Source: a virus (Duplodnaviria; Caudoviricetes). Taken from it: DNA of 64,000 bases. The notes beneath the pieces were generated by a model, which saw nothing but the letters and a program-made list of their open reading frames with translations, ran no database searches and was not told the origin of the DNA. Shown piece by piece: positions 37,316-46,317 of the stretch (positions within the stretch are counted from its first letter, which is position 1; the number at the start of each line of letters is the position of its first letter). A program made the translations under genes and the position numbers. The stretch lies in IMG/VR virus record IMGVR_UViG_3300027656_000007, positions 8,702-72,701 of that record, one strand, 5' to 3'.

Positions 37316-38709
37316 TGTCCTCCGGGATACAGTCCCTGATAGCTTTTGACCCATGTTATTCCAGTCCATCGATATTGAATACCAGTGGTAATATTGGTGA
37401 CATATTGAATGTTGTTGGGACTAGATGTGTTTTCAAACACCACTTGCCAACGATCGTCTGAATATTCAATGATGTCGTTGCGACGGGCAATCAACGGCTG
37501 CCCATCAACACCTTGCCATGCCGCAGCATATCCGCTGTCGCTGCCAGTATCTTCAGTCAACAAATAACGTTGACCAGTGACTGGTGCCGGTAATCCATCA
37601 TTGGGTCCACTGCGAAGTGGGTCAATCACTGATCTCACCGGCGACAAGGTATTTTGCGGCACAGTGTCTTCATCTATAGTATACAGCATAAATCGATCGT
37701 CGGAGGGATCGTATGCTATGGTTCCGGCAACTTCAGTACCGTCAGGTTGCTCTAAAAAGATTTGACTTATGCCCGGGCGCAGAACACCGTATGCTCCGAT
37801 CACAGCAGTCCATAGCACATTGCTTGGCGGTGAATCGGGCGGTGCTAGATTGGTATTGGGTTCGTCTATCACTGCATTGTATCGTAACGCCTGTAACTTA
37901 TTACCAATCAACAGGGTTTGATAATCCCACGGCGTGATCACTCTGCGTGTGCCAGTCAGCAGGTCGTTGTTCAACACTGCATTGGCTGCATCTCCTTGAG
38001 AGTTGTGTATGTTAGAAATGATACGCTCAACCACTCCGAGTTTTTTAACTTTGGCTGGTGAACTGATCCAAATTGGCAGGGTAAAAGTCATGGTGCAAAT
38101 GTCAATTGGATCTTCTGTGCCTACCGGAACAGAACGGCTAGACCATTGGGTTGATTCCAGTTCTACCACACTCAGGCTGGTCCAGTCGATGTAATTGTCT
38201 GTGCTTTGTATTTCCAACGCTGGATTAAACAACACCACAATCTGCTCCAACAACTGCATCTTTTGGTTGGTGTTGCTGGTCCACAGATCCAGTTTGAGTG
38301 TGAGTTTGTAAGGCACAGGCATCAGTCGCTCAATTGTGAACGCATTGCCTTGTGTGGTTTCGTAAGTGTCTGTGGTATCGTCGTAGGTACGTTGGCGCAC
38401 AGAAATGTTGCTCACATAGTAAGGTTCTTGCATTCTAGGACGATCGTAATCAAATCCAGAAATATAAAAACTCATCATTGGCACTGATGTCATGAAACTG
38501 GCAGAGTTGTTCTGCATGATATTTTGTACTTGCCGGCTGGAATCACCATATCTAATAGGCACACGCACTAGTGTGTGTGCGGTGCCTTCTTCGTTGCGCC
38601 CGTATTCTACCTGAAAGTTGGAAAAGATTCTTGTGAACTGTAGCAAGAAGCGACGGATTTGTTCGTCATAAAAGAACATTGGGTTTGCTGCTGAATTCTC
38701 TGTTGTCAT
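37297..38709 (-). CDS. gp15: Tail terminator / sheath stabiliser, gp15-like, with C-terminal extension
   Basis: FFYDEQIRRFLLQF.RIFS, VPIRYG, PVPY.L...LDLW, QLLEQI..LFNP. Confidence 0.75.
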   Translation of the reverse strand: MTTENSAANPMFFYDEQIRRFLLQFTRIFSNFQVEYGRNEEGTAHTLVRVPIRYGDSSRQVQNIMQNNSASFMTSVPMMSFYISGFDYDRPRMQEPYYVSNISVRQRTYDDTTDTYETTQGNAFTIERLMPVPYKLTLKLDLWTSNTNQKMQLLEQIVVLFNPALEIQSTDNYIDWTSLSVVELESTQWSSRSVPVGTEDPIDICTMTFTLPIWISSPAKVKKLGVVERIISNIHNSQGDAANAVLNNDLLTGTRRVITPWDYQTLLIGNKLQALRYNAVIDEPNTNLAPPDSPPSNVLWTAVIGAYGVLRPGISQIFLEQPDGTEVAGTIAYDPSDDRFMLYTIDEDTVPQNTLSPVRSVIDPLRSGPNDGLPAPVTGQRYLLTEDTGSDSGYAAAWQGVDGQPLIARRNDIIEYSDDRWQVVFENTSSPNNIQYVTNITTGIQYRWTGITWVKSYQGLYPGGQWRIVL

Positions 38710-38714
38710 TTTTA

Positions 38715-40019
38715 TTAACCGCCGTTGTCTGCATTGGGTTTAAGTATGTCGCTCAAACTTTGGCGACTTGGTATAGCACCACGATCGTTAGTCTGCACTG
38801 TGTTTCTATTGTTTACAAAACTGGCTCTCTGCGAAGCAGCAGGTCCTTCGGATTCAAACACTGGCTTGATACGCACACTGTCCTCAATCTTGATCCAGGT
38901 AGTGCCGTTGAATCTAAACAAGCGATTTGGAAAATAGTCCAGGCGCAAGGCATAGTCGCCAGCGGCAGGTGATGCTGGAAAACTAACACCGTGTGTGACC
39001 GGCAGCCCATTTGGCGCAATACCGTCGCCGGTCAAGTAACCAATGGTGTAGCCATCTGAACGCGGAGTAGTTCCTTCGCCACCTTGAGTGCCGTCCACAG
39101 TGGGCGGTGTTTCGTCCGCAGTAAGACCCGAGTCTGCTGGCTGTCCGTCTTCTGTGGTGGGCAGGATATAAAATTTTACAGTGTCGTAGCCGGTCAACGG
39201 CACTTCAATATCGGCCTGTGCCAAAATAGCATCATTGATTTCTAAATCTTTGGTGCGTGTGGAAGTTTTGCCGGCTATGGTATCCGGAGTCTTTTCAGTC
39301 CAATATGCGGTGTTGGTGATGTCTGTGCCAGGCGGTACAGGGCCTGTGGCAGTGTAATACTTGTCGCCGTTGTTGACTATGGTTCCTGCAGGATAAAAGT
39401 TTCCAGGATCCCAAATGTTGTTGGGCTCGAACGGCTGTTTGGTAATGCTGTTGTATTCTTGAGCATTGACCATGGGAGTGGCTTTGACCCGCCATAGGTG
39501 CGGCAACCAGGTTTGACTAAATCCTTCTGATGCAAACGCTGCATCTTGAATCACGTACCACCGCGGCAAGGCCTTGGCCAAGTTTTTATCTAAAGGATGA
39601 TAGTCTTTGAGATTGGGAATTTCAATCACATCGCCGGCCATGAGTTTACGCCCAATGGTGTCAATCATATCGTTGTAATGAAATGTGATAAACAAGGTAT
39701 CGTTGTTTAGGAATAAGCCAAATTGTGTGAGATCAAAGTCAATATCAGCCACACGGTACACACCGCGTTGAACATAGATGTTGGGATCATACTGCCGATC
39801 CCGGTTTTCCAGCAACAGTAGATCTTCAATGAACAAGGGATTTTGGGTGTCGTATACCGGCAATGTGGTATCGGCATCACCAGGATCGCCAGTGGCCGGA
39901 CCCATGTATTTGTGGATGTAAATATCCAGCCCACCAACAGTGTACATTTCTGCAATGGTTCGATCTAGAAATTTGTAGTCCGCAGTGCGGTTAGGGCGAT
40001 ATAGGCTAAGTCTTGGCAT
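38715..40019 (-). CDS. gp14: Neck/head-closure protein, gp14-like
   Basis: DLTQFGLFL, MAGDVIEIP, HLWRVK; ATAAATA promoter at 40024-40030 on the minus strand. Confidence 0.7.
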   Translation of the reverse strand: MPRLSLYRPNRTADYKFLDRTIAEMYTVGGLDIYIHKYMGPATGDPGDADTTLPVYDTQNPLFIEDLLLLENRDRQYDPNIYVQRGVYRVADIDFDLTQFGLFLNNDTLFITFHYNDMIDTIGRKLMAGDVIEIPNLKDYHPLDKNLAKALPRWYVIQDAAFASEGFSQTWLPHLWRVKATPMVNAQEYNSITKQPFEPNNIWDPGNFYPAGTIVNNGDKYYTATGPVPPGTDITNTAYWTEKTPDTIAGKTSTRTKDLEINDAILAQADIEVPLTGYDTVKFYILPTTEDGQPADSGLTADETPPTVDGTQGGEGTTPRSDGYTIGYLTGDGIAPNGLPVTHGVSFPASPAAGDYALRLDYFPNRLFRFNGTTWIKIEDSVRIKPVFESEGPAASQRASFVNNRNTVQTNDRGAIPSRQSLSDILKPNADNGG

Positions 40020-40038
40020 ACGTTATTTATGGTGCTGG

Positions 40039-40067
40039 TTGACTGAATAATTCCAAACTGCTATAAT
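40039..40067 (+). promoter_or_regulatory. Sigma70-type early promoter
   Basis: TTGACT-17 bp-TATAAT with TGn extension. Confidence 0.85.
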
Positions 40068-40094
40068 TAGGGCTTAACAACAACTGGAGCCACC

Positions 40095-40352
40095 ATGTTA
40101 ACAGATGCACAAAGCGCACAAATTAATAATACTGAAGTATACACTTTAGATTATGAGGCAGAGGCCCTGCAAAGCTACGAGGACACTGGCGAGGACCTAA
40201 TGGACGAGCTGGAAGTTCGTGCCACTAATGTTATTTTGGAACAGACAAAGTGGGATGCTCGCGAGGACTTGGGCGGCATTACAGTTTACTTCCGAGATAA
40301 TACTTTAGTAGCATTCTACGATTACGAGCAGTTCCGCGGCACTGTGTTCTAA
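40095..40352 (+). CDS. Small acidic early hypothetical protein
   Basis: 85 aa, SD GGAG, behind the sigma70 promoter. Confidence 0.65.
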   Translation: MLTDAQSAQINNTEVYTLDYEAEALQSYEDTGEDLMDELEVRATNVILEQTKWDAREDLGGITVYFRDNTLVAFYDYEQFRGTVF

Positions 40353-40373
40353 AAACAACATTTTATAGCGGGA

Positions 40374-40402
40374 TTGACATAAAACTCAATCTCTGCTATA
40401 AT
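40374..40402 (+). promoter_or_regulatory. Consensus sigma70 promoter
   Basis: TTGACA-17 bp-TATAAT with TGn extension. Confidence 0.9.
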
Positions 40403-40429
40403 ACATGCTTGTTCAATACAGGAGCAAAT

Positions 40430-40717
40430 ATGAAAGCCGCTAACTTTTTAACAAAGTACACAGGCCCAAAAGGCAAGGGTTTTATACAGCCCTATGACAA
40501 AGTAAAAGCCACAGAAAAATGGGTGGAGTATGCACTGGATATTGTGGACATGAGCCGCATTATAATGACAGTGGACTTTAACACTAAGTGGAAATTAGCA
40601 GAAGCTCTGGAAGTAGCAGAACGCAAAAAGGCCTGGATGTACAAGCACAAAAATTTTGACGTCAAACGTGCCGCTAAACTTTTTGACGCTGTAAAACACT
40701 TGCCCAAAACTAAGTAA
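40430..40717 (+). CDS. Small basic early hypothetical protein
   Basis: SD AGGAG before ATG 40430. Confidence 0.65.
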   Translation: MKAANFLTKYTGPKGKGFIQPYDKVKATEKWVEYALDIVDMSRIIMTVDFNTKWKLAEALEVAERKKAWMYKHKNFDVKRAAKLFDAVKHLPKTK

Positions 40718-40725
40718 GGATTAAT

Positions 40726-41865
40726 ATGATTGCAACCAAACCTGTCAAACCGCTAAACCCACGCAGTGCAGATACCAATGCCATGGGCATGGAACCCACG
40801 TGGAAAACACAGCCTGTTGACAATCGCACCAGTGCCCTTAGCCATGCGTTCTCCTGGTACAATTACTTTTACGGCAAAAAAGACGCTCGTGAAATGATCG
40901 TAAACTATTTGGAAACACATGGTCGCAAGGCAGACGTGCGTACTCTTAAATGCATTCCGGACAGCTCAATCCGTTTGACCACAGGTTGGCTGTGTCGTAT
41001 GAGCATAGTTGGACTAGAACTCACTGAGTCAGAACAGTCCAAACTAGACAGCCTGCTGGCTGAAATTTTGGAAGCCAAACAAGACGAAGTAGTGGAAGAA
41101 GTGGCAGTGGTTGAAGATGCAGTGCCAAAGATCACAATCCAAGACCGCCTACGTGAAAAGGTACGTGAATGTGCAGGTGAGATGGAAGGCATGTTTGACG
41201 AGTTTATCACAAGCGGTGCCAAGTTAAATGCTGACTACAAGCCAGTGTCGTTGATGCGTTCGATGAACATTGCTCCGCAAATGGTCAATGACATCAAACA
41301 GATCTGGCAACGAAAGCTGGCAGAATTTGAGCAAGCAGTGGATGGTAAAACACCAGATCTAGTCCAGGGCTATGGATTTCTTTCCAAAATACAGTTACGG
41401 AATTGTGTAAAGTTCTGTGAACTGGTAATCTCTGACTGCGGTACGTATCAGCAGATTAAAAAGGTTGAACGCAAACCACGTGCAGTCAAAGCAATGCCGC
41501 CAGAGAAACGTGCCGCAAAGTTCAAATGTATCACAGAATTTGCCGAACTCAAGCTCAAAGGCCTGCCGGCCGCAAGTCTGGTGGACAAGGCCGAAGCCTG
41601 GTTGTATGACACCAAGAAGCGCAAGTTGATCCATCTTGTGGCTGACAGCCTGGTCCAGTCATTTACTATAAAGTCAAACTCTGTTATTGGTTACAGTACA
41701 GTAGAAAGCCAGCAAAAAACTCTGCGCAAGCCCGCAGATGTACTCAAACTGATGAGTGCCGCAGGCAAGCCGGCAGCCAGAAGGATCTACAAGGATCTAA
41801 CCACAACAGAAACCGCGTTTAACGGACGTGGCACAGAGAACTTGATCATCCTTAAAAGCTGGTAA
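40726..41865 (+). CDS. Hypothetical early protein (379 aa)
   Basis: Long ORF, SD AAGGA, cotranscribed from the early promoters. Confidence 0.7.
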   Translation: MIATKPVKPLNPRSADTNAMGMEPTWKTQPVDNRTSALSHAFSWYNYFYGKKDAREMIVNYLETHGRKADVRTLKCIPDSSIRLTTGWLCRMSIVGLELTESEQSKLDSLLAEILEAKQDEVVEEVAVVEDAVPKITIQDRLREKVRECAGEMEGMFDEFITSGAKLNADYKPVSLMRSMNIAPQMVNDIKQIWQRKLAEFEQAVDGKTPDLVQGYGFLSKIQLRNCVKFCELVISDCGTYQQIKKVERKPRAVKAMPPEKRAAKFKCITEFAELKLKGLPAASLVDKAEAWLYDTKKRKLIHLVADSLVQSFTIKSNSVIGYSTVESQQKTLRKPADVLKLMSAAGKPAARRIYKDLTTTETAFNGRGTENLIILKSW

Positions 41866-41890
41866 ATAACATGGAACGGAGTTCCATACT

Positions 41891-42661
41891 ATGGCCATTG
41901 AAGAACAATCAAGTCTAAACACGCTAAAACAAAATCTCATTGAATATGTGCAGTTACAACTGGCCGCGCAGATCATTGATATTGAATTAGATGCAGAGCA
42001 TTACGAAGCTGCCTATCAGCGAACCATTGGTGTGTATAGACAACGTGCTCAAGGTGCGTACGAAGAAAGCTATACTTTCATGGAACTGGTCAAAGATGTA
42101 AACATCTACACCTTGCCCCAGGAAACCATACAGGTTCGTCAGATTTTCCGTAGAACGTTTGGCGATGCGGCTGGCCCTTTTTCGTCAAACTTTGATCCGT
42201 TTAGCCAGGCCAGTGTCAACGTTTATCTAATGAACTTCAACGTGGCTGGCGGATTAGCCACTTACGACTTCTACAGTCAGTATGTTGAACTGGCCGCACG
42301 TATGTTTGGCGGCTATATGAACTTTACCTGGAATCCAGTTACTAAGAAATTGCAAATTATTCGTGACCCAAAAGGCACTGGTGAAAACGTGCTGTTATGG
42401 ACTTACAATTTAAAACCCGAATTCAACCTGCTGAGTGACTTTCAAATCTCACAATGGATCCGTGACTACATGGTGGCCAACTGCAAGATGATCATTGGTG
42501 AAGCCCGTGAGAAGTTTGGCACCATTGCCGGTCCACAAGGCGGCGGAACCTTAAACGGCGCTGCCATGAAAACCGAAGCACAGGCACAGATGGACAAGCT
42601 ACTGGATGATCTTAAAAACTACGTGGATGGAAGTCAGCCACTCAGCTGGGTAATCGGCTAA
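41891..42661 (+). CDS. gp13: Neck protein gp13-like (head-tail adaptor)
   Basis: YVQLQL...IDIELD.EH, WIRDY.VA.CK..IGE...KF, GG.TLNG..M..EA; TAAATA overlaps the upstream stop. Confidence 0.8.
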   Translation: MAIEEQSSLNTLKQNLIEYVQLQLAAQIIDIELDAEHYEAAYQRTIGVYRQRAQGAYEESYTFMELVKDVNIYTLPQETIQVRQIFRRTFGDAAGPFSSNFDPFSQASVNVYLMNFNVAGGLATYDFYSQYVELAARMFGGYMNFTWNPVTKKLQIIRDPKGTGENVLLWTYNLKPEFNLLSDFQISQWIRDYMVANCKMIIGEAREKFGTIAGPQGGGTLNGAAMKTEAQAQMDKLLDDLKNYVDGSQPLSWVIG

Positions 42662-42669
42662 TATAAAGA

Positions 42670-42698
42670 TTGCATACGTGTCAATGTTGTGTTATAAT
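42670..42698 (+). promoter_or_regulatory. Sigma70-type promoter, probably giving a leaderless mRNA
   Basis: TTGCAT-17-TATAAT; ATG 5 nt after the -10 box. Confidence 0.7.
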
Positions 42699-42703
42699 AA
42701 CAC

Positions 42704-43228
42704 ATGGCACATTTAATGATCGATCTTGAAGGACTAGCAACTGGTCCTGATACCTGCATACTGACCATTGCGGCCCAGACATTTGATCCTTTTGGATCGG
42801 GCTATTATGACCAGCATTACTATGCTAGAGTTACTTTGGAAAGTCAGGAAAACCGTGCCATAGACGATGGCACAATTGCGTGGTGGGCCAAGCAGCCTGC
42901 ACATGCCAGAGAAGAAGCATTTGGCGAACAAGATCGTATTCCATTGGATCAGGCCTTGGATGAACTGGGTCGGTTAATTTGGCATTCAACCCTGGTATGG
43001 AGTCAAGGTCCCACTTACGATATGAACATTCTAGAGCATGCTTACAAAAGCTATCGCAAGCCCTTACCTTGGAAGTACTATCAGGTACGTGACAGTCGCA
43101 CAGTGTTTTCCTTGTGGCCTGATCTATCTGTTCCACCCACCACTCACCATGCACTAGAAGACTGTCGCAGACAGATCGGCATGTTGCAACAGACACTAAA
43201 GCATCTTGATGTCACTGCGCTGAAGTAG
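42704..43228 (+). CDS. DEDDh 3'-5' exonuclease (Rv2179c/RNase AS-like)
   Basis: HLMIDLEGL, WSQGPTYD, RDSRT, HHALEDC. Confidence 0.85.
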   Translation: MAHLMIDLEGLATGPDTCILTIAAQTFDPFGSGYYDQHYYARVTLESQENRAIDDGTIAWWAKQPAHAREEAFGEQDRIPLDQALDELGRLIWHSTLVWSQGPTYDMNILEHAYKSYRKPLPWKYYQVRDSRTVFSLWPDLSVPPTTHHALEDCRRQIGMLQQTLKHLDVTALK

Positions 43229-45179
43229 ATCCTGGACGTGTCCAGTTTCCACTGCCTGTCCACGGAAGTGCAAAAGTAAAATCTTTGCCAAATTCTATTG
43301 GCGGATGATCTTGTCCGTGAATGAAGATTTCATAGTCAAAGTCTGCTGTCCACGCACCGTTGCTGTCAATCTTAAACTGATGCCCAGTTTTGTAGTAACT
43401 GTTCATTCTTGGCAAGTTGAACGCACCCATCTCTTGTGTGTCGTGTACTGGATCAAATTTTAAATCCAGTTCGTATGGGCCTAGTGCTAGCCACAGCACA
43501 CGAAGTAACGGCCAAATTTCATTGACCACAGTGGCATTCAATAGATGATTATCTATTTTAATAATATTAAAATCAAACTGTTCGTATGGTATGTCTGTAA
43601 TGATATTTGCAGTATCGTAACTTAGTGTGTAGTGTTCGGGTTTTTCCAGCCCCGGACGCTCATTTAGTGTTTCATATGTTACACTGCGATTCTTAATAAG
43701 ATGATTGAGTATGATATTGACTGACTTGTAACGTATCAGGCGTTGAAAAATAGTATTGGTATAATCGTCGGTACGCCATTGATGTGTTAACTGGCCTTCT
43801 GAAATCCCAAACTTTGATCGTTCATAGTTCAGTGGTGTATCCATGCCGATCTGACAAGTGCCAAAACTACGACCGAATATGTTGCAATTTCGTGTGCGCC
43901 ACAGCAAGGTCATGGTATCTGCAACATCGTTGTAACCTTCGCCCGGAAAGCCCACAAACCAGTTGGTGTGCGAACGCATGCCTGCCTCGGTAAAGTCTTT
44001 AAGGTTCTGTTCTATATCATTGCGATTGACATTTTTTTTCATAACATCCAACACATGTTGACTGCCAGACTCAACACCAAAACTCAACATGTTGCATCCG
44101 CTGCTTTTGAGATCTTGAATGTATTCAAGATCCATGCGTCCGTCGCATCTAGCATAGCCCATCCAGCTTAGATGAATTTTTCTTTCAACTAGTCCGTGTG
44201 CAAATGCACGAAGTTCTTTCAAGTTACCGTTGACCAAGCTGTCAATAAACCACACACTGTCAATGCCCAGGGTTTTGTATTGATGTTCTAATTCGTCCAG
44301 TATGTTGGTTGCTTGTCTACCGCGATATCTCCAAAAAGTTGTTTCGCTGCAAAATTGACATTTTGCCACGCACCCACGACTCAGCTCAGCACTGACACCA
44401 TTCTGTTGATACAGCGATAAATCTAAATCGCTGTAGTCCGGGTACGGCAAGCTGTCAAGGTCGATGCGTATACTTTTGTCATGTACTAGAAATTTCTCAG
44501 TGACGGGAATATTGTTTTCAATTTTTTCCATCAAATCTAAAAATATTGCTTCGCCTTCGCCTACCACAATGTGGTCTATTATGTCAGTGTTTTCAATCTT
44601 TTCTTGTATAGCAGTTGGCCCGCCTGCAATAATGATAGTGTTGGGCAGGCGTGCTCGAATCTGGTTGATCATCCAGGTAGTGGCTTTGTTGCTGGTGGTA
44701 AAAATGCTAAAGCCCATGACATCTGGTTTAAACTCTACAAGTTTTTCCAAGTACTCGTTCAAGATGGGTTTAATAAGCGGATGAACATCGGTGTAATAAC
44801 TGTCAGTGGTCCATACCCAGTCTTTGTACCCGCTCCAGTAGGCTTGGTCAATGCGTGAATAGCACACAGCATTGATGTCGTAGGCCACAGTTTCAAATCC
44901 ACTATCTCTACTGAGCGCAGTTATTCTGGCTAGATTATAAGGAGGTATGTACGGTGCCCACTCAGGTAAAATGGCCAATGCTACACGAGTTTTTCTTGTG
45001 ACCTGCCGGTTAACAACAACCTGGGTAAGATTTTTCTGTGGCTTGGACCGACCTGCACTGTCCAGCTGTAGTGCTTTGAGCATTGCTAAATCTCGTGCTC
45101 CGCCGTCACTGTTTTCTACAATTTTAGTAAGATCCGGGGTCTGAGCAGCAGCGGACTGTATGGCAATAGTTTTCATCAT
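43212..45179 (-). CDS. Cobalamin-binding radical SAM enzyme (class B-like)
   Basis: B12-binding region (PDVMGFS, IIAGGP, GEGE), SRGCVAKCQFC, FGVESGS, NWFVGFPGE; start re-called at 45179 behind TAAATA. Confidence 0.9.
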   Translation of the reverse strand: MMKTIAIQSAAAQTPDLTKIVENSDGGARDLAMLKALQLDSAGRSKPQKNLTQVVVNRQVTRKTRVALAILPEWAPYIPPYNLARITALSRDSGFETVAYDINAVCYSRIDQAYWSGYKDWVWTTDSYYTDVHPLIKPILNEYLEKLVEFKPDVMGFSIFTTSNKATTWMINQIRARLPNTIIIAGGPTAIQEKIENTDIIDHIVVGEGEAIFLDLMEKIENNIPVTEKFLVHDKSIRIDLDSLPYPDYSDLDLSLYQQNGVSAELSRGCVAKCQFCSETTFWRYRGRQATNILDELEHQYKTLGIDSVWFIDSLVNGNLKELRAFAHGLVERKIHLSWMGYARCDGRMDLEYIQDLKSSGCNMLSFGVESGSQHVLDVMKKNVNRNDIEQNLKDFTEAGMRSHTNWFVGFPGEGYNDVADTMTLLWRTRNCNIFGRSFGTCQIGMDTPLNYERSKFGISEGQLTHQWRTDDYTNTIFQRLIRYKSVNIILNHLIKNRSVTYETLNERPGLEKPEHYTLSYDTANIITDIPYEQFDFNIIKIDNHLLNATVVNEIWPLLRVLWLALGPYELDLKFDPVHDTQEMGAFNLPRMNSYYKTGHQFKIDSNGAWTADFDYEIFIHGQDHPPIEFGKDFTFALPWTGSGNWTRPGSTSAQ

Positions 45180-45217
45180 GCTGTATTTACGCAGGCAGCA
45201 AATGGTGAAACACAATA

Positions 45218-45246
45218 TTGATTTTTAATTCAAACAGTGTTAAAAT
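45218..45246 (+). promoter_or_regulatory. Sigma70-like promoter for the dNMP kinase
   Basis: TTGATT-17-TAAAAT; ATG at 45253. Confidence 0.55.
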
Positions 45247-45252
45247 ACATCC

Positions 45253-45963
45253 ATGAGTACAATTATTGGAATTTGCGGGTTTATCGGGTCTGGAAAAGAC
45301 ACTGCTGCTGACTATCTTGTCAACGTACACGGATTTCGCAGAGAAAGTTTTGCCAACTCACTGAAGGATGCAGTGGCTCATGTGTTTGGCTGGGATCGAA
45401 CCATGCTGGAAGGCCGCACTGCTCATTCAAGAGAGTGGCGCGAGCAGGTGGACACTTGGTGGGCAGCCAGACTGGAAATTCCAGAATTAACACCGCGTTG
45501 GGTACTACAGCAATGGGGTACAGAAGTATGTCGGCGTGGATTTCATGATGATATTTGGATTGCCAGCTTGGAAAACAAACTGCGTAACAGCCAGGACAAC
45601 GTGGTAATCAGCGACTGTAGATTTCCCAATGAAATTCGCTCAATCAAAGCGGCCGGCGGCCGCGTGGTGCGTATTGTACGTGGTCCAGAGCCCGAATGGT
45701 TTGAGGCAGCAGCCAATGTAAATCGCGGTCCAAACGGAAACATGTACTGGGCAACCGGTAAACAACAGCTGGAAAAGTTAAAAATTCACCCTAGTGAGAC
45801 TGCCTGGGTTGGCACTGAGTTTGATGCAGTGCTGGACAATAACTACAGCTTTGACGACCTGTATGCACAGGTCATTGGTCTGGTAACAGATCACCCGGCT
45901 GCCACGGCAAGTCTGACTTCTTCAGTTCAACTGTGCAATTTAAACACACAGTTTTCAAATTAG
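45253..45963 (+). CDS. gp1: Deoxynucleoside monophosphate kinase
   Basis: P-loop GFIGSGKDT, FANSLKD, LQQWGTEVCR, VVISDCRFPNE, HPSE. Confidence 0.9.
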   Translation: MSTIIGICGFIGSGKDTAADYLVNVHGFRRESFANSLKDAVAHVFGWDRTMLEGRTAHSREWREQVDTWWAARLEIPELTPRWVLQQWGTEVCRRGFHDDIWIASLENKLRNSQDNVVISDCRFPNEIRSIKAAGGRVVRIVRGPEPEWFEAAANVNRGPNGNMYWATGKQQLEKLKIHPSETAWVGTEFDAVLDNNYSFDDLYAQVIGLVTDHPAATASLTSSVQLCNLNTQFSN

Positions 45964-46219
45964 GCAGCGCAGTGTTATGTAAATTGCCATCAACGTGATA
46001 CACCAGCGTTTGTGCTGAATACTTTGATTTAAAGCCGCATCGATCACATGCGGTTTTTTTCTTATAGCCAGCTGATTGCCAACGTGCTACTGGAGGCTTT
46101 ACACGACGTTGTTTCTTAATACAGTGTTCGCATCGTGTTCTATAGTGTGGCACACCATCACGGTAGTAGTTGACAGCACACAACCGTTGGTTGCAGGATT
46201 GACATATGGGTCTTTGCAT
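45872..46219 (-). CDS. Zn-finger HNH endonuclease-like protein
   Basis: CQSC, CEHC, CDRC, YHVDGNLHN..LPNLKTVCLNC; TAAATA 4 nt before ATG 46219. Confidence 0.7.
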   Translation of the reverse strand: MQRPICQSCNQRLCAVNYYRDGVPHYRTRCEHCIKKQRRVKPPVARWQSAGYKKKTACDRCGFKSKYSAQTLVYHVDGNLHNTALPNLKTVCLNCTVELKKSDLPWQPGDLLPDQ

Positions 46220-46317
46220 GATATATTTATCATGAAAACCTTTGGCAAAGGTATAGGTAGTCCTAGTTTTTTTGTCACAACTGCTAAATATTAGCAACTT
46301 AGAAAAAGGATTTCACC

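Noticed and set aside
41871-41918. 15-codon uORF overlapping the gp13 start
   Set aside because: The ATG is part of a hairpin arm; too short to support without conservation data.
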